A stretch of DNA of 64,000 nucleotides from Eledone cirrhosa (taxonomy: Eukaryota), in contig OZ024747.1 in the NCBI GenBank assembly GCA_964016885.1, forward strand, positions 38,750,001 to 38,814,000, given 5' to 3'. The position numbers and the translations under genes are program-made. This document shows, one piece after another, positions 50,828 through 64,000 of the stretch. Each line of letters begins with the position of its first letter. Positions within the stretch are counted from its first letter, which is position 1. A model generated the notes under the pieces. The model was not told where the DNA came from, ran no database searches, and saw only the letters and a program-made list of their open reading frames with translations.

Positions 50828-52833
50828 AGATTACAATAATCAAAGTTCAGTTTAAGTCATTTATTTGTTTACAATTGTTTCCTCCAAACCGAGGTTTGGA
50901 TTCTTCGGAGCAACTATTTACTGATCTATAACATACTTGACCTCCTTTTCAACCCAAGAGACACATAAAACATAAGTGCATATTGATCAACAGTGGGGTG
51001 ACATTCATCAAATGATATAGCATGGCAATTTACATATAAAGGTTACAGGATAAAAATAAAATAAAAACAAGAATGAAAATAAAGATAAACATGAAGCGTT
51101 GGCAGTCTATGAAGATAAAGCAAGAGGAAAGTTTAGAGTATTCAGTGTATGAAGCAGTCTCACGTGTAGCTTGCACGCGTGTCTTATTTATACATGATTA
51201 GAGTGCGTCAGAATGATATTTGCAGGGTCAGGCAGTTGAAGCAGGCAATCGATCTTATTATGTGGGCTGGATTATTAAGTCATTTATTCTCATACGTCTG
51301 TATGATATACAGTCTCGGATGCAGGGAAACACCAACATATCAAAAACTTTCCACATACTATAAACCTTATTGTATCGTAGGCAAAGCCGTACCACTGTCT
51401 TCGCTCACACCACCACTCACATAATCCATGAGACGCAATATATATAGAGAACACTTGTCTATCGTATAATTCGCGGTGGTTCAGCATATAATCAAGCTAT
51501 GAACCGTATCCAGTCGGTTCTTAATTAATAGATCATGCTGTCCAGATTCCGGAAGTGTCTGAATGACTAAGGGGAATTAATGCGTAAGGGGAGGTAACTA
51601 ACTAGTTATCTTAGTTAAATTACTATCCTAAACTACATTAATGGTGATTCAAATACGTGCCTATCATATGAAGTTATAACTAGTTTCTAGAGTATGTTAC
51701 CCAGTTATAGGTTAGAGAGTTGTCCATTAAGAAGTACAAGGGTGTATATATTAGGATGATTACCATCCATTAAGGGGTGTCATATCTGAACGTTCTATAA
51801 GAGGAGTCAGACTCTCAAGTCACTGTTCCATGCAAATGTAATATAACAGTAGGACCTGGTATGGTCCCACTATTATATATGCCACCCGATAGGCTCCGGG
51901 TCATTGCATGTCTGAATCTCCAGTAAATCTTCGGTATGGTCCGGAGATCCAATTTCTCATATAAAGGCACTAGTCTGGTCATCAAGCAATAGACAACCCC
52001 CGTCTCATATATAAATCAATTAAGTATCACATCTACAAGCCAGAGTGGAGTCTATTAATAGGTACTAAAGGAGTTCACATCAAGATGATTACAATCTGGA
52101 GATTAAATCTCTCATACCCGGGCACCTGTCTGGCCACCAAGCAATACATAAACCCACGTCCCACATATAGATCAGGTATCCCATCCACAAGTTAGAGTGG
52201 AGTCCAGTAACAAGTACTAAAGGAGTTCGTATCATGATGACCACAATCCAACATGGGGTGCCACACGCGGCCAATCCATAAGTAGAGTCAGACTAGATAA
52301 TTAACTACATGGGTCTCACTATCAGTAATGGTCTTATTATCATACATGACTCCCGGCGAGATTCAGGTCGTAGTATGACTGCATCGCCGGTAAGTTTACC
52401 AGGGTGGTCCGGTGGCCGGTTCTTTCGTCAAAAGGTGCCGGTCAGGTCACCAGGCAACACATATGCTCCTAACTCATGCATCTCCCGTGCATAATTCATT
52501 GAACTGATCGATTACAGTATATATTCACATAACAATACGATTATCTATCTAATCATCAATCTATCTCTTGGTGGGAATCCATGCACAGGACTATGTTATC
52601 GCAACCAGTACCGTGTCTCCAGTTTATACTAATCTTATATTTGTGCAATGCAGAATAAGTAGTCCACGGTCGAGATATCAGAATTAGAGGTACAAGGGGG
52701 TATTCCCAGGGTAGGTGGTACTAAAATGCTGTCAGTATTATCTTTAGAGTATAGAAATGGGTGTGGATGTGAGGTGTAAGTTGTGTTACTGATGTTAATT
52801 GCTAGGGGTGGTGCTGGTTCCAGTCTGACATTA

Positions 52834-55318
52834 TTATATATAGGGTTTAAAGTTTTGGAACGAGTGTCGGAAGCGGTGTTGGCAAGTTGCGAAAACTTCT
52901 GATTTTTTATTAAGGAGATTATGTTTAGAGAAGATGATAGTATGGGGCTCTAGTAGACAGAGGTTACAACATTTATTAGGTGGTTTGTACGATGTTGTAC
53001 TACCTACCACTTCCCATTTAAGTGTATATATTTTATTTTTAGTTTTTAGATGGTGTATGTAGCTAGATAGTGAAGTGGAGTTGGCTAGACTGTGTTTTTT
53101 GAAAGAGTGGAGGTGCGAATTGTATCTAGTTTTGAAGCAGTTAGAAGTGGAGCCTATATAGGTTTCAGAAGAGCTGTTAGTTGTGACTGTACATGAGTAT
53201 ATGATATCCTTGGTTAAGCATTTTTTATCTAAAGGGCAGGTTCTACTTGATCTACAGTTACAATTACTCTGGGTGCTAGTCTGCCGGTTACTATGCTGTG
53301 TAGAAGTGTGGATGTTAGCTATAGGGTTATGGTTATGTGGGTTGTGGTACGCAGCGTTAATGTTTACACTAGTGTTATTACTATTATTTCCATTGATATT
53401 ACGGTTATTTGTTATAATGTTACTTTGACTGTTATTTTGAATGTTATTTTGAAGGTTTATCGACCGTTGTGATTTAGTTTGTTGGAAGTAAGAATTAATT
53501 TTTCTTTTATTTGTACTAGCTATGTGGTATGCTAGGTTAGGCGTAGTAGAGTATGAGATCTTAATAGTGTTTTTGTTTAAAAGGCCGTGGTACCTGTGGC
53601 CGGATGGGAAGTGTTTATCTAGTAGTGAGAAGAAAGCCCTAGGAAGGTTGGTAGAGACGTTTAAATTGAAAGGAGGGTTGAAAAATGTATTATTTCTTCT
53701 TCTATTTCTGTTTTTTATGTCTGGTGATTTGTTTCCTTTAATGTCCCTATGGACATTTCTGTGGTGCGGGTTACTTTTGTTGTTACAATCCCTATTAGTG
53801 TGTGTGCAGTTGCTATTCCTATTATTAAATTTTCCCATGGACATGTTGTGTGAAATGATGTTGTAGCTATGTGTTTTCGTAGGTAGGAACTCTATCCCTG
53901 TATTATGGCCTGATCTAGCTAATGCCTGATTATAATACTGCGAGTTATTGTTAAATGTGTTTATGTCATAGGATAGATTAGAGATTCTATTAGATACTCC
54001 CTTAGAGATAGAGTTCAATATAGATTTAGGGTGGTTAGACTTGGTATCTACGTAGATGAGTTTTTCATTAGGTTTGTGGAAAGGTGCATATATCATTGAG
54101 TCTAAGTAGAGTGTGGCGTCTAGGAAGTTGACGTTTTTGGTGTTTTTGTCCATGGTAATACTAAGATTAAAGTTTTTGAATGTTTTGTGCAATAGTTTTC
54201 TAGTCCTTTCTATATTGAATTTTTTATAGTCTATAAGTAGAAGTGCATCGTCGCGATACAAACCACCGCTGAGGTACGGAAGTTCCCTGTGGATTAGGTT
54301 AAGTAAGTATAGGCCAACTAAATCAGTGACCTGCGCCGAGTCACTAGACCCCATAGTAATGTCGAAGTTGTTTTGCGTATCCTTGCGGGTCCATAATTGG
54401 TCTTCAAAGGTGATTATTGTTTTACGGGCCGCAAATATGACATCAATCTGGGGTCTAGTCAAGTCACTATTGTCCATGGCCATTATAAGTGCCTTATTTA
54501 GTAGGATAGGGGAAATAGAGGTGTAGTAAGAGTTGATATCAAATGGAATAAATTTTTTATCCTTGTTATCTATGATATTTTTGAACCATTCAATCACTTC
54601 ACCCGTATTTCCCCATTGTTTAAGGTAAATCTTGTGTTTAATCTGTGGGATGATTTTGTCTAGGATTTTTTTTACTGATAATGCCAATGTCAGACCTGGA
54701 GGGGCAGATTAGTCTAATCGAGGGGTTGCTAATGAAGTCTACCTTATGGTCCTTCAGAGAGAATCTAGGGGGGTTTGGGGTGTAAGGTTGTGTATGTCTC
54801 ATGAGCCCTAGTTTGGATACTATATTATAGCCTTCCATATTAATATCTTCTAAGTTTTTCATAGTGGTTTTCTTGTAGCTTTTATGTAGTTCATTATATA
54901 TAAACTTTCTATACGTATTATAATCTAGGCTGTATATGTTATTAGTTTTGTCGGCATGTACAACAATTTTACTACTAGTTTTGAAGTCATTAATAGAGGT
55001 GCTAAGTTTGTTTAAGAAGGTGTTGTTTTTATTATGGTGTTTTTTGTATTTAATGTTTTTAACTAGTTTAATTAGGTCGTTTTTGAAGGGGTTTAGTAGT
55101 GTGTTATGAGGGGGGCTTCTAAATGTTTTAAAGCCGAAGGAGTCAAATTTGTTGGTGTTATTATCCTTGCCAGATTTGTTTCTATCATAATGGAATGTCC
55201 TCCATCTCACTTTATTGATAAAGGAGTTTACACTGTTGATCAACAACTTTTCATATGTATTTTTGGTTGGTAAAGGTATGTTCTTGGTTGACATAGGGAG
55301 TTGGTCTTTGATCAGCAT
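52834..55318 (-). CDS. PLE polyprotein (RT + GIY-YIG, ~827 aa), one frameshift in an A8 run at 54666-54673
   Basis: ADKTNN, LKDHK, RLICP, FDINSYYTSI, ITMGS, GGLYRDD, NFLDA, SNHP, CNCRSSRTCP, IYSC..YIGSTSNCFKTRYNSH, CNLCLLE, CQH. Removing one A joins ORFs 54638-55318 and 52834-54687. Confidence 0.9.
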
Positions 55319-55573
55319 GCTGGTAATTTATGGTATATCAGCTCAACAAAATGGAGCAGTTATTAGTATTAAGGGTACTATTTATGGTTATGTATGCAAT
55401 AAAACCTTTAATGGTAATATATTATATATACACAAACCCTAAATAGTGAAAGATAGTCATTAATTACTATCCTTTTACCAGTAAGATAAATAGCTCAATG
55501 TAATAACATCAGTTGTTTTACAGAGCATTTATAAAGAGATTACAATAATCAAAGTTCAGTTTAAGTCATTTAT

Positions 55574-55622
55574 TTGCTTACAATTGTTTCCTCCAAACCG
55601 AGGTTTGGATTCTTCGGAGCAA
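55574..55622 (-). ncRNA. Hammerhead in the 5' pLTR, U4C core (second copy at 50865-50913)
   Basis: Reverse complement TTGCT-CCGAAGA-A-TCCAAACC TC GGTTTGGA-G-GAAAC-AATT-GTA-AGCAA. Confidence 0.75.
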
Positions 55623-56820
55623 CTATTTACTGATCTATAACATACTTGACCTCCTTTTCAACCCAAGAGTAACATAAAACATATGCGCATATTGATCAAC
55701 AGTGGGGTGACATTCATCAAATGATATAGCATGGCAATTTACATATAAAGGTTACAGGATAAAAATAAAATAAAAACAAGAATGAAAATAAAGATAAACA
55801 TGAAGCGTTGGCAGTCTATGAAGATAAAGCAAGAGGAAAGTTTAGAGTAGTCAGTGTATGAAGCAGTCTCACGTGTAGCATGCACGCGTGTCTTATTTAT
55901 ACATGATTAGAGTGCGTCAGAATGATATTTGCAGGGTCAGGCAGTTGAAGCAGGCAATCGATCTTATTATGTGGGCTGGATTATTAAGTCATTTATTCTC
56001 ATACGTCTGTATGATATACAGTCTCGGATGCAGGGAAACACCAAAATATCAAAAACTTTCCACATACTATAAACCTTATTGTATCGTAGGCAAAGCCGTA
56101 CCACTGTCTTCGCTCACACCACCACTCACATAATCCATGAGACGCAATATATATAGAGAACACTTGTCTATCGTATAATTCGCGGTGGTTCAGCATATAA
56201 TCAAGCTATAAACCGTATCCAGTCGGTTCTTAATTAATAGATCATGCTGTCCAGATTCCGGAAGTGTCTGAATGAATAAGGGGAATGAATTAATGCGTAA
56301 GGGGAGGTAACTAGCTAGTTATCTTAGTTAAATTACTATCCTAAACTACATTAATGGTGATTCGAATACGTGCCTATCATATGAAGTTATAACTAGTTTC
56401 TAGAGTATGTTACCCAGTTATAGGTTAGAGAGTTGTCCATTAAGAAGTACAAGGGTGTATATATTAGGATGATTACCATCCATTAAGGGGTGTCATATCT
56501 GAACGTTCTATAAGAGGAGTCAGACTCTCAAGTCACTGTTCCATGCAAATGTAATATAACAGTAGGACCTGGTATGGTCCCACTATTATATATGCCACCC
56601 GGTAGGCTCCGGGTCATTGCATGTCTGAATCTCCAGTAAATCTTCGGTATGGTCCGGAGATCCAATTTCTCATATAAAGGCACTAGTCTGGTCATCAAGC
56701 AATAGACAACCCCCGTCTCATATATAAATCAATTAAGTATCACATCTACAAGCCAGAGTGGAGTCTATTAATAGGTACTAAAGGAGTTCACATCAAGATG
56801 ATTACAATCTGGAGATTAAA

Positions 56821-56891
<71 letters not shown>

Positions 56892-57924
56892 TATATATAT
56901 ATATGCATATATATATATATATGCATATATATAAATTGATGAGTGTATGTGTGTGTATATGTGTGAAATAGTTACGAATATCTGAACAACACCACAAAGA
57001 AACACACCATAAATACACTTCATTAGTGTGATGGTAAAATGAACGGACAAACATTCTTAACAAGCCTACTATTTCTTCGGAAAGAAGAGAACAATACCGG
57101 GTATACGAAAACAAAAAGTAGAAACACATAACGCATTTTAATTGCCAGCAACAATCATATCAATAAAGAGACTATGGATTTCTTTTTAAAAATATTTCCT
57201 CAATCATAAAGGTGATGCCCTTTATTTTCTCAATCCCATAAAATAACAATATTATAATAGAAAACCAATTTTGAAATTAGCAGATAACGTGGAAATTGTT
57301 GAACGTGATGCAGCATTCGTTGTAAAGCTTTATGAACAAATTTAAATGAGTTATATTCTATTATGTGTATGTTTATATTTGAATCCTCTTCTCTTAAAAT
57401 CAATATTAGAAAAGCTAACTCTCATTGACGACAGGTTTACGGTACCAACACCCGAAATAACTATTTACTTTCAATCTGACAAATATCAGAGAAATAGATT
57501 ATGAAACAAGCTAGTTCGAACAAACTTATATAAAAAATCCCTGGAATCTTTCCAAGATCTCAGTATAACAAGTGATACAATAGAAATATAGAAGAAGAAA
57601 AAGGCAATGTCAATATATTATGTGATCGCGATAGCGTAAAATGAATATTAATATTCAGTTCAAAAGAATTTTTCAAGGTAAAAGTTATATAGAAAGTATA
57701 TGATCGTGTACTATTATCCAAGTTTTATAGCACTTCACTAAAAATATATAAGTGAACTTAGCTCTTAGTGAAAGGTATGGCCTAATACAACATTGTTCTC
57801 CAGAACATTTCTATGAAAAGAATATACACCAGGTACAAATAAACAGATGAAAATACACGTCGTTTATACGTCTGCATCTAAGTCTAAAGTCTGTCTTAAG
57901 CCAGAGGCTCATTTGGTCGGTGCT

Positions 57925-58160
57925 TATACCGAATTCATGGCGTGAAGCGACTGTGAGCACACAACTACCCCCTGGACAGGGTGCCAGTCCATCACAGGGT
58001 TAAACTCCCAGCTATTGCTGGTACTCGTTTTTGGCTGAGTATACTGGAGCAACGTGAAATGAAGTATTTTGCTCAAGAACACAACATCCAACCCAAGAAT
58101 CGAACCCATGACATTATAATCGTCAGTCCAACTTCCATACCACTAGGCCACCCACGCCTA
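57925..58160 (-). mobile_element. tRNA-derived SINE (second family)
   Basis: Minus strand has A-box TGGCCTAGTGG and B-box GGTTCGATTC, followed by TCTTGAGCAAAATACTT..ATGGACTGGCACCCTGTCCAGGGG. Confidence 0.75.
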
Positions 58161-59329
58161 TATACAGATAATATAAGTATATATATACAGATAAGTATAA
58201 GTATATATATACTGTATATATATATACAGTATATGTATAAGTATATATATACAGATAATATATAATTAGTAAGTTATAGTCAGAAGATATGATGAAATGT
58301 GTTGGCAGCAATGTATAGGCATTATGATAAGGACTTCTTTACTCGAAACTCCAATTACGTAAATGACGCGGTCAAAGTTCGTCTGTAAATATTATGCCTT
58401 TTATTGTCAAAAGGAAGTGAAACATGAAATTGACGTTTGTATCATAGGAACTTAGGACACATATAAATTTAAATGAATAACGGAAGTTGAGATTGTTTAA
58501 CCCGTATTTCAACCATTGACAGGCATGAGAACTCTCAAACACATTTCAAGCATGATGGAATGGAATCGTTATTTGATTACACAGGCAAACGTTATTCAAT
58601 ATCCCCTTAATTTTTATGATTTCGTTGTGCGTAATGAAGGGTGGGGGCTGTGTTATTATTCAGCAGAATGGATGAAACTGTTGTTGCCTGAAACGCACAT
58701 AATGTATGCTAAAACAACACTAATCTTGATTCTATATAGTGCTGGAGCACTCTATATATAAGAAGGTACTACATTATGACCATAGAAACCAAATTTCCGA
58801 ACGAGGTGCAGTAATTACCTATCCTGACGTGGTATATACGTATACAAATATTTGAAGTAAATCTAAACACCACGAATTAAATTGTACTTGATAAACTGGA
58901 AAGTAATCTCTAGTACTTTAGAAGCTACAAAGCATGAACATGGATTCATTGGTATATATAATTATTTGATAGATTTTCACATACATATATACATACATAT
59001 ATACATATATACATATATGGTGGCTGCCAACTCGTTTTCGAGTACAGCCACTAATTTATATACATGTAGGAGAACTCCTACCGATGCGCTGAACGAGTGT
59101 GACTTTTTAGTCCAGCCAGCGACTTGAAAACTCTGGTACAAACACTACACTTGTGACAATTATTGACACATAGTGCTGGGCTCATGGTACCATGTGACGA
59201 CAGAGAGATCTCCAGATATAAAGCAATGCCTGTGCCGTGAAGCTTTTATGGTGAGCAAAGGCACTGCACAAAGCCAGTCCCACTCTCTTGACGAAGATGA
59301 TATTTACCAAAAAGAAGAACAAGTCAACA

Positions 59330-59620
59330 TCACGGGATACCATCAGGGATGCAGGTGTTATATCAGAGTTTTCCTTCTCCTAGAATTCTGCCTTGACAAA
59401 GGCTAAGGGGTAATCTATCCCGGTGATTTTGGATGGCCACTTGACTCTTAAGAGCTCCTTTGCCCTTTGACAGGTTTTGTTTTTAGTCCTGCAGGATGTC
59501 CAAAGTCATGCTCCTCACCAAGAAACATTGGTGGGGTTGGCAGTTTAGTCGCCAACGACCCGACCATGAGACAGGTTGTACTGGGATACATGTTACCAGT
59601 AGCACCAACTGGTGACCTGA
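59330..59620 (-). mobile_element. Probable RTE-type LINE 5'-UTR fragment
   Basis: GC-richer structured segment with CTAGGAGAAGGAAAACTCTGA, a motif I recall from RTE-clade 5' UTRs; no ORF. Confidence 0.45.
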
Positions 59621-59701
59621 CATATATATATATATACATACATATATACATACAAACACATACTCGTTCATAGACACACAGAGTCAAACACACACACATT
59701 G

Positions 59702-59739
<38 letters not shown>

Positions 59740-59786
59740 TAAAAGAGAAAACACATGTAAGCATTAAGGGAAGGATTTTATCCAGG

Positions 59787-59887
59787 TATTTACGACCGTT
59801 TCATTGGTAAGTGCAACTTTATATTACTATAGTGCAAATAGCAGCCACTCAATTATAATTGTTGTTCACGTCCAAATTTTCAAAATA
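59787..59887 (-). ncRNA. Hammerhead, U3-A8 core with long stem II (second copy at 63020-63120)
   Basis: Reverse complement TATT-TTGAAAA-TTTGG..(~65 nt)..CCAAT-GAAAC-GGTC-GTA-AATA, present in both pLTRs. Confidence 0.6.
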
Positions 59888-60427
59888 GTGAGTAAGTTAC
59901 TCTTGAAATAGTTCTTAATATATAGAGAAAAACATTTTTTTTTAAATTGTATTTACTAGTATAGAGAGAGAGGAAGAGGAATTAGAAAGTGAGGGGACAA
60001 ACGGAATAGTATAGAGAGAGGGAGGGAGATATGAGTTAGGAAATAGAGTGTAAAACTAAGATGAAGGGATGGTAGAAGTGGAAGGAATCCTTGATCAGTT
60101 TTGATCAATGTAGTGAGTTAAAGAGAATTAAATTGATCATAGTGGGATAGATGGAGAGAGAGAGGGTGGAGATATAAAGAGATAACTATATATATAAAAA
60201 ATAAAGATAAAATAATAATGATAAAAATAAAAGTAAGGAAGGGTGGAGGGAGAAAGAAGAAAAGAAAAGATAGCCAAAAAGTGGAGGGAAGAAAGGAAGA
60301 AAACGAAGAAATAGAAAACGAATGAAGGAAAAGGGAGGGATATAGGTATTGGTTTTTGTGGGTAATTAAATACAATAAGAGGGTATAAAGTCTAAGTATA
60401 TGCAGTTTGTCAATTGGTAGTAAGAGG

Positions 60428-62788
60428 TTAAGGCTTCGATTTGCACTTGTAGTGCGAAAACTTTTCTTTGAGTCTATGGTTACAATAAATTGATACTTCG
60501 ATTTTATTGTTGAGTAACTTATTCTTCGAACTCAAAATGTGGAACAGTTCAAGGTCACATAATCGGCAGCTTCTCATACCACTCCGATGTGGGGACGCGT
60601 TCGATAATGTTTTCCACTTCAGGGTGTATTGATGGTTACTTCCCCTCAGTTGCCAGGTCTTGTTTGCAAGGGTAGTTACATAACGATGCTGGGAATGTTT
60701 CATTGCATAACGGTGTGTATACCAACGGGCTTTAAATGTATTCCAAGTCGCTCCGATGTAATACCATTTCTGGTTGTCTGATACCACTGTGCATTGGTAA
60801 ACCAGGTTAGACTGCATACATTCATTATGTAATGGACAGGTCTCAGGTAGGTGGCAGTTACAATTCTTGTCATGGGCAACTTTGGCATTATTGGTGGGCT
60901 GCGGGGCCTGTACAAGTGTGTTACGTTTTGTTTGCCTATTAGTGGGTGGTTGTGTATTAGATATGCTGTTGTGTTCAATGGTGATTGTATTGTTATTGTC
61001 ATAAATTTGTGTTCTAGTGTTGTTATGTAGCTTTTTTGCGTTAAGCCTCTTAATGTGTGCCTCTATATTTGGTACCGTGGAGTAAGATAGTCTAATAGAT
61101 TTAGTGTTAAGGATTTTTCTGTATCTACTTGAATCTGGAAAGTGCTTATTTATTATTCTAAAGAAGGTAGAGGGTAGGTTAGTACTAATAGAGGTGTTAA
61201 ATATTGGGTTATACTAAATAAATATTCTACTGCGTGACTTGTTTAATTTCCATGTTGTATTTCTATTTACCGTATAAATTGTAGTTCTATGCGTAAATGC
61301 GTGTGTGCGTGTGTTTCTGTGGTTTGTGTTATGTGAGTTAGTGTGCGCTTTGCGGAGGCTTTCATCTATATATTCTACTATATCTAAGTGGCCTGCCTTG
61401 TCTAATGCGGTATTGTAGTATTCTGCATGTTCCTCGAAGATTAGTCGGTTAGACGAGAGGCGGGAGATCCTAAGGGATATGCTGCGTGGAATGGATTTAA
61501 TTATGGATAGTGGGTGGTTTGAGTTACAGTTAATGTATGCTAAGTTTTCATTAATCTTGTGAAAAGGTCTTATAAGTCCTGTATTTAGGTTACGCGTCGC
61601 GTCTAGAAAGTTAACTGTTTTAGTGCTATACTCATACGTTATGCTAAGGCCAAGTTTACCGAGAGTCTTTCTAAAATATTTACGGAGTGTTTCTAAGCTC
61701 TGGTTATTTAGGTTCTTAACTAGGAGAAGGGCGTCGTCTCTGTAGATTCCACCCTGAAGGTCGCTAAACTCACCCTGTAAACTATGGGCTATGTAAATAC
61801 CTACTAAATCTGTGACTTGAGCCGAGTCGTTAGCCCCCATCGTGATGTCAAAGTTATTCAATCTATCCCTACGTTCCCAATAGGCGTTTTCAAATTTAAC
61901 TATTGTTTTCCTAGCAGCTAATATGATTTTTATCTCGTCGTCTGTTAGGTCAGAATTGGCTTTGGCGAATGCTAAGGCTTTATCCAAGGTGTTGGGGGGA
62001 TATAGAGGAGTAATAGTCGTTAATGTCAAATTGTATAAATTTAGATACTTTTTTGTTAGCTATATTGTTAAACCACTTAATTGTTTCGTTACCCCATAGT
62101 CTAATCACTAGTTTATTCTTCATTTGTGTTATCACTCTGTCTAATATATGTTTACTAATTTTCCCGATGTCCGATTTGGACGGGCATATAAGTCTAATTG
62201 TGGAGTTATAATCAAAATTTAACTTGTGGTCCTTGAGATTAAATGTGGGGTTACCATTGCATAAGTGGCTCCGTTCTGTCGTCTATTTCTAGGTGTTTGA
62301 CTATATTGTGTGCTTCGTTGTTGATGTTTATCAGTGCCGCCTCATTAGTTTGTTTGTATTTCCTATGTAATTCTTTCCTTATGAAACTATTGTATGTATT
62401 AACATCCATCGTATACACATTTGAAGTTTTGTCCGCTTTGACAATAATTCCATTGGTAATTCGCAGCTTTTTTAGGAATGTATTTATGTCATTCTGGAGT
62501 TAAATTATTCCTCCGCTTTTTGAATTTGATATTCATAATCATCTTCAGTAAGACCTGTTCAAAGGCATCCAGTTGAGAGTTGGTAGGTGGGTTCTCATAC
62601 GATTTGAAGCCCTATGTTTCCTAGTTGTATTCCACGGTGCGACCATTACGTCCTTTGTTGAAATGGAAAGTTTTCCATCTAACTCTGCGTGTAAAGTCGT
62701 TTGTTCGCTGTATCATCCCGAGGGTATAATCCTTTCTCAAAGGTATAGGAATGTTCTTTAGGGACATACCTATGTAATGCTTTTCCAT
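60428..62788 (-). pseudogene. PLE RT + GIY-YIG, frameshifted
   Basis: MSLKNIPIP, ADKTSN, LKDHK, RLICPS, ITMGANDSAQVTDL, GGIYRDD, NFLDA, SNHP, CNCHLPETCP, VYQC..YIGATWNTFKARWYTH, CRLCDLE, CNH. Confidence 0.9.
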
Positions 62789-63575
62789 AGTAGTACCGTA
62801 TGTTTAGGTGGTTGCTCGAGCGATAAGGAGCCTGTAGTTAGGGAAGCAAAAAAATGCTTATTGTGATCCAGTTCGTGGTTAAGAAAGCCAGTTTCATGGA
62901 CGGTTTCAAAGTACGGTTAGGGGTAACTCCACAAGTTTGTAAGAATTCCGTTCAATCTTGAAGTATAAAGTATGAAAGAGAAAACACAGGTAAGCATTAA
63001 GAGAAGGATTTTATCCAGATATTTACGACCGTTTCATTGGTAAGTGCAACCTTATATTGCTATACTGCAAATAGCAGCCACTCAATTATAATTGTTGTTC
63101 ACCTCCAAATTTTCAAAATAGTGAGTACGTTACTCTTGAAATAGTTCTTAATATATAGAGAATTGTATTCACTAGTATAGAGAGAGAGGAAGAGGAATCA
63201 GAAAGTGAGAGGACAAACATCTCAGTTTGTCACTCTACTTCTTAACTCTTCTCCACCTTCCTCTCTCTATATACTATACCGTTTGTCCCCTCACTTTTTA
63301 ATTCCTCTTCTTCTCTCTCTATACTAGTAAATACAATTAAAAAAAAATGTTTTTCTCTATATATTAAGAACAATTTCAAGAGTAGCTTACTCACTATTTT
63401 GAAAATTTATACATCGAAGGTAAAACATTTTCAGCGGGGGAAACCTTTGATTAAAATGAAATATACTTATCCAAGTACACTGAGCAATGTAGTTTCAGAT
63501 TATATATGGGTATGGGGATCTATCTCCAAAACCATAGGAGTAGTTCGTGAACAAACTTGCTATATATATATATAT

Positions 63576-63735
63576 ATAGGAACGAGTAGGACCCTGACGG
63601 CTGAGCTCAAGCCGCTTCGACGGCTAATTCAGGACTCGAAACGGCTTGAGCTCAGCCGTCGGGGTCCTACTCGTTCCTATTACCCACTCTACTACCCTAA
63701 GTATTGAGTACTAGTTCCTTACCACATTTCCTCCG

Positions 63736-63737
<2 letters not shown>
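63576..63737. mobile_element. Tiny foldback derivative of the 32-35 kb PLE pLTR, in (TA)n
   Basis: ~45 bp hairpin ATAGGAACGAGTAGGACC..GGTCCTACTCGTTCCTAT; the remainder is the reverse complement of 32275-32395. Confidence 0.8.
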
Positions 63738-63810
<73 letters not shown>

Positions 63811-63980
63811 TATATAGGGCAGGTAAAATTCCTGATGTTTATGTGTGTGTGTGTGTGTGAAAGAGAGAGTGGAGTGAGTGAGAGAGAGATAAAGATAGAT
63901 AGATACATAGATAGATAGAGAGAGAGAGAGGGGGAGAGAGAGAGAGAGAGATACAGGGAGAGAGAGAGAGAGAGGGGGGA
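63738..63980. repeat. (TA)n/(TG)n/(GA)n microsatellites
   Basis: Direct observation. Confidence 0.95.
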
Positions 63981-64000
63981 TATAGTCCGATTTTGTAAAC

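Larger units (their letters stand above)
59741..63405 (-). mobile_element. Full-length but degenerate Penelope-like element (Hydra-clade-like) with direct pLTRs plus an inverted segment
   Basis: Direct repeat ~59741-60000 / ~62975-63218. Inverted copy of pLTR sequence at ~63225-63405. Coding region 60428-62788. Confidence 0.9.

Noticed and set aside
52834-55318. Naiad-type or selenoprotein-encoding PLE
   Set aside because: The endonuclease is C-terminal (Naiads have an N-terminal EN), and conserved cysteines are ordinary Cys codons with no in-frame TGA.

Overview
Eukaryotic, AT-rich, repeat-saturated window with no confidently identifiable host gene. The dense (TA)n/(TG)n/(AAT)n tracts and the SINE type resemble an octopus/cephalopod genome (inference, not verified). 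It has two zones. (1) 3.3-28 kb is a stack of non-LTR retrotransposons, mostly in (AAT)n repeats. Three Tx1/L1-type elements lie on the minus strand (APE endonuclease; one is a single nonsense codon from intact). They alternate with three R4/Dong-type elements on the plus strand (restriction-like endonuclease). (2) 28-64 kb holds at least four Penelope-like elements (PLEs) with a C-terminal GIY-YIG nuclease and CxCx5C linker (Hydra-clade-like), plus older PLE remnants, mostly adjoining (TA)n and with direct or inverted pseudo-LTRs. The most interesting signal, read by eye, is more than a dozen type I hammerhead ribozyme (HHR) motifs tied to these PLEs and to small non-coding foldback elements. 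Several have non-canonical cores: a compensatory U3-A8 pair in two families (degenerate in a third) and U4C in two. Some have 70-115 nt stem II domains. Two ORF-less palindromic elements (0.4 and 0.8 kb) carry one HHR on each strand. Most ORFs in the supplied track are microsatellite or antisense artefacts. All folds and alignments were done by hand; no computation or database search was run.
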